In this document: positions 59,664 through 64,000 of the stretch, piece after piece | How positions within the stretch are numbered: position 1 is the first letter of the stretch | Layout of the letters: every line of letters starts with the position of its first letter | Assembly: GCF_902713615.1 (NCBI RefSeq) | Contig: NC_052154.1 | Span: 178,173,873 to 178,237,872 of the forward strand | Length of the DNA stretch: 64,000 bases | Source: Scyliorhinus canicula | Taxonomy: Eukaryota | Direction of reading: 5' to 3' | The notes under the pieces: model-generated | Told to the model about the DNA's origin: nothing | What the model saw: only the letters and a program-made list of their open reading frames with translations | Database searches by the model: none | Made by a program: the position numbers and the translations under genes

Positions 59664-61577
59664 TGATTCATTCCTCATTTAAATTTAATGCTCAAGCTGT
59701 CATTGTTAAGTCTGCAGGTAATTGGGCAGTTTACCCATGGGGGTGAAGATTTTGGATGCGCCCAACAATAGTTTGCGGGGGCTCGACCTCTGCGAAGGAG
59801 AGTGGCAACGTTCATTGAGGAGCTCAATTGTAAAGCTACAATGCCCAGGAAGCTTGCTCTGACATGGCAGAACATGTAAAACTATGACAACTTAGACCTT
59901 CGGAGCTGGAGGAAGTACAGGAAAAAGTGGAATGACCTAACATGGACTATTAAATTAAAACTCCCATTCACGATCTTGTTATCATTCTCAGCAAACCCTG
60001 CCTGCTTCAGTGTAGCAGCACCAATTAAATGCTTGACCTGTGCATACCTTGACCTTCACATACCTCTCATTCAATCTTGAAACATCCGTCAGTGACTTTT
60101 CTCCTTCTGCCACTTTCACACTCAGCCAGTCCTCTGACTATTAATACCCCTCTCACACACACTTGGGGCGGGATTCTCCCAGCACCGTGCCAGGCCGGAG
60201 AATCCCCACAAACGGGCCACGCCATCCTTTCACATGCTCTCTATTCTGCTGCGAGAGGGAGAGTCGGAGCTATTGCAGAGGATGAAGTGGGAGGAAGCAT
60301 TGTCATGTTGAAGAGGAAATCATGCAAAGGTTAAGGAAATCAACACTAATATTAACACTAACATTATTCAGAATGAATGTACCTGTGCAGTAATATAGTT
60401 GACATGAAAAAGGTAATTTATGATAACTTTAACCATAAGTGACCATCAAACGGGCAAATGATCATAATCTCGATCATTAATACAGGTCAATGTACTGCGC
60501 ATGATTCAACTTTACCATTAGCTCACCATCAACTCTTATCAACAGTCATTTGCCTGGTCACAATGTATGTGGATTACAAATACATTCTTCATCAAAATCA
60601 GTGCTATGATAATCAGCCTTAACTGTTTGCTTGTCAGGCTGTTAACTACAAGGTGATTTCCTCAAGTTTGACTGACAGTCATCTGTGGTCAGTTGAACAT
60701 CTAAGTCCCATATGAATCTTCTGTGGCCAATGTAGGCCTGAATTTCAGCTACGATGGAGAACCTCCCCATCAGAGTGAAAATGGTGGACATGCCCGGAAA
60801 TTGGAAGCCCCTCCCGAACATGGCACCTACCATGTTCTGGGTGGCAGAATGGGAATGGTCCCGGGTCGGGTTTTCACACTGATAACAGCCCATATAAAAA
60901 TCAACAGCTGCCTCCATTCAAGGATATAATGTGTATCAGTGTATCGAGCATTTCCCTCTCCATTGTTATCAAGCTAACTGGTTTAGAACTCCTGAGGTCA
61001 TGTCTCACTTCATTTTTGAAACAAAAAAAAAACAATACTCGAGAAGTGCCTGGGGACTTTTAATCATGTTAAAGGCTCATGTAAAGACAAAATCTTGTTG
61101 CTGTTGCATGTCAAGCTAATGCTCTTTGGAAAACTGCAATGTACTCTCAGATAAAACTACATTTGGCTTGTAAACTATCCTGTATACTCAGCTGCTATGT
61201 ACTCTGGGCCAAGGATAACCACAGGATTTTAAGTCTAAAAGGATAACTAACGCACAAAAAAAATCAGATTACTTCAGTGCACAGGCCACCAAGTTGAATA
61301 ATTCATGCTTCTACCCTGAGGCACGGCACCTTAGCCATCTCCCACACACTGGGCTAAAAATATTGTCACGTCTGAGGTTGTGTCATTTTCCATTAGTCGC
61401 TGTACGCTGGAGGCACACTGATGTTGCCACCGTAAAGAAGATAGATTTTTGTGCACCAGTCACTGCAACTGTTATCATGCAAATTTCAGCTTGTGATTAA
61501 CAGTCATCCTACGTAAATCATCAGAAAGCATTAAATCTTAACCCCTCTAAAATACATGATTCACCTCAGGTGCTGAT

Positions 61578-62978
61578 GAACATAGAACAGTACAGCACAG
61601 AACAGACCCTTCGGCCCTCGATGGTGTGCCGAGCATTGTCCGAAACCAAGATCAAGCTATCCCACTCCCTGTCATTCTGGTGTGCTCCATGTGCCTATCC
61701 AATAACCGCTTGAAAGTTCCTAAAGTGTCCGACTCCACTATAACAGCAGGCAGTCCATTCCACACCCTAGCCACTCTCTGAGTAAAGAACCTACCTCGGA
61801 TATCCCTCCTATATTTCGCACCCTGAATCTTATAGTTATGCCCACTTGTAACAGCTACACCCACCCGAGGAAATAGTCTCTGAATGTCCACTCTATCTAT
61901 CCCCCTCATCATCTTATAAACCTCTATTAAGTCGCCTCTCATCCTCCTCCGCTCCAAAGAGAAAAGCCCTAGCTCCCTCAACCTTTCCTCATAAGACCCA
62001 TCCTGTAAACCAGGCAGCACCCTGGTAAATCTCCTTTGCACTCTTTCCAATGCTTCCACATCCTTCCTATAAAGAGGTGACCAGAACTGCACACAATACT
62101 CCAAATGTGGTCTTACCAGGGTCATGTATAGTTGCAGCATAACCCCGCGGCTCTTAAACTCAAGCCCCCTGTTAATAAACGCTAAAACACTATAAGCCTT
62201 CTTCACGGCTCTATCCATTTGAGTGGCAACCTTTAGAGATCTGTGGACATGAACCCCAAGATCTCGCTGTTCCTCCACATTCCTCAGAACCTTGCCATTG
62301 ATCCCGTAATCCGCATTCAAATTTTTTCTACCAAAATGAATCACCTCACACTTATCAGGGTTAAACTCCATCTGCCATTTTTTGGCCCAGCTTTGCATCC
62401 TATCAATGTCTCTTTGCAGCCTACAACAGCCCTCCACCTCATCCACTACTCCACCAATCTTGGTGTCATCAGCAAATTTACTGACCCACCCTTCAGCCCC
62501 CTCCTCCAAGTCATTGATAAAACTCACAAATAGCAGAGGACCCGGCACTAATCCCTGTGGTTACACCGCTGGTAACTGGTCTCTAGTCTGAAAATTTTCC
62601 ATCCACCACCACCCTCTGTCTTCTATGTGATAGCCAGATACTTATCCAATTGGCCAAATATCCCTCTATCCCCACCTCCTTACTTTCTTCATGAGCCGAC
62701 CATGGGGAATCTTATCAAACGCCTTACTAAAATCCATGGGTACGACATCAACTGCTCTACCTTCATCTACACACTTAGTTACCTCCTCAAATAATTAAAT
62801 CAAATTTGTGAGGCAAGACAAATCCGTGTCCGTGATGACTATCCCGGATTAAGCTGCATCTTTCCAAATGGTCAGAAATCCTATCCTTCAGGACCTTTTC
62901 CATTAACTTACTGACCACCAAAGTAAGATTAACTGGCCTATAATTACCAGGACATTCCTATTCACTTTCTTGAACAAG
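61578..62978 (-). mobile_element. CR1 LINE 3' fragment (298 open codons of RT C-terminus at 61652-62548)
   Basis: [25 protein letters not shown]. Confidence 0.93.
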
Positions 62979-63779
62979 TATTGATGGTGGATGGAAACAG
63001 TCAACCTCAAAATGCTTGGCCCCTGTGTATAGAGAGATTGATGATGCAATGAGCAAAGCAATGCAATGCACTGGAGCTCCAATGTGGCACAGAATGGATG
63101 GGGACTCAATAAAAGCTAAGATTCCATCCACAGTGCAATACTGACAAAGATCACAGTGTACCCTAGAAGACTGAGTCCTCTCGGTTGCTCGTGTGTATCT
63201 GCCAGTTATAAAACAGTCTTGCAAAGTGTCATAACGCCCAGAGGACCACGGGGAATGCATCATTGATCTCCCTGTGCGACTCGTGGATTACGAACTTTCC
63301 AGGTAGGGGGCGGAGGCCAACCATCTGGGGCTTGATATAAGCTAACATGAAAGCAGGTCCAAAACAGGGCCTAGAGTGGTTAGTCCTCCCACCTAGGATT
63401 GTACTGGGAGCGATATGCTTCATTATGCATTCCTTTGTAAATGGTGCAAACAAATCTATGTTTTTTTACATCAGCCTACTCTGAGTCATTGAACAAAGAA
63501 TCAGAGTATATTGACAAACACTCTCTGACCAATGGATTGTGCATAGGATTAGAGATGTCTGGCCCTACACTCATCCCTGGAGCATCTCAACAACAAGGAC
63601 TCTTATGTCAGAATCCTATTCATAGAACGACAGCTCCACGTTCAACTCCATAATCCCAGCCAAGTTCATATCAAAAACTCCAAAACCTAGGACTTGGCTC
63701 CTCCCTCTGCAAATGGATCCTCGACTTCCTGACCCATGGACCACAATCAGTAAGGATAAAGAACAACCCTCGCCAATGA

Positions 63780-64000
63780 TAGTCCTCAGTACCAGGATTC
63801 CGCAAGGCTGTGTACTTAGCCGCCTACTATACTCCCGACACACACGCCTATGTGGCAAAATTGGGCTCCAACTCCATGTACAAGTTTGCTGATGATACGA
63901 CCGCAGTGGGTCAGATGTCGGACAACGATGAGTCAGAGTACAGGTGGGAGATAGAGAATCTAGTAGCGTATAGTAGCGACAACAATTTCTCCCTCAACAT
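63780..64000 (+). mobile_element. Rex1/Babar-like LINE RT fragment
   Basis: PQGCVLS...KFADDTTAVG...NDESEYR...NNFSLN. Confidence 0.8.

Overview
Repeat-rich vertebrate genomic DNA with no recognisable host protein-coding exon. The repeat inventory points to a cartilaginous fish, probably a catshark-like shark (inference). It includes CR1 LINEs with an esterase-type ORF1, HE1/V-SINE-like and Deu-type tRNA SINEs, and GC-rich MITEs. Main content: (1) the 5' half of a young CR1 LINE (1-2107, minus), with a duplicated 5'UTR monomer, a candidate 5'UTR intron, an intact ORF1, and an ORF2 with no in-frame ATG before its endonuclease motifs; ORF2 is joined to ORF1 by a 25-nt overlap holding a U_UUA_AAC -1 slippery site; (2) about ten further CR1 fragments, one with a 762-codon open RT ORF; (3) a chimeric, deleted Gypsy LTR element (10542-13897) and solo LTRs; (4) an L1-clade LINE with TSD and poly(A) but no RT core (34523-37630); (5) RTE, Rex1/Babar and L2 fragments; (6) CpG-rich non-autonomous TIR elements with 3-bp TSDs (PIF/Harbinger-like) carrying NRF1 and CRE palindromes; (7) several degenerate hammerhead-ribozyme motifs in Penelope-like repeats, two arranged as inverted pairs; (8) four short local duplications, all at transposon junctions; (9) a 19/18-bp G-rich minisatellite; (10) AT-rich unique stretches that could be enhancers or non-coding exons. 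Most short ORFs in the supplied track are antisense or GC-rich artefacts of repeats. All calls were made by eye; boundaries of old repeats are approximate.
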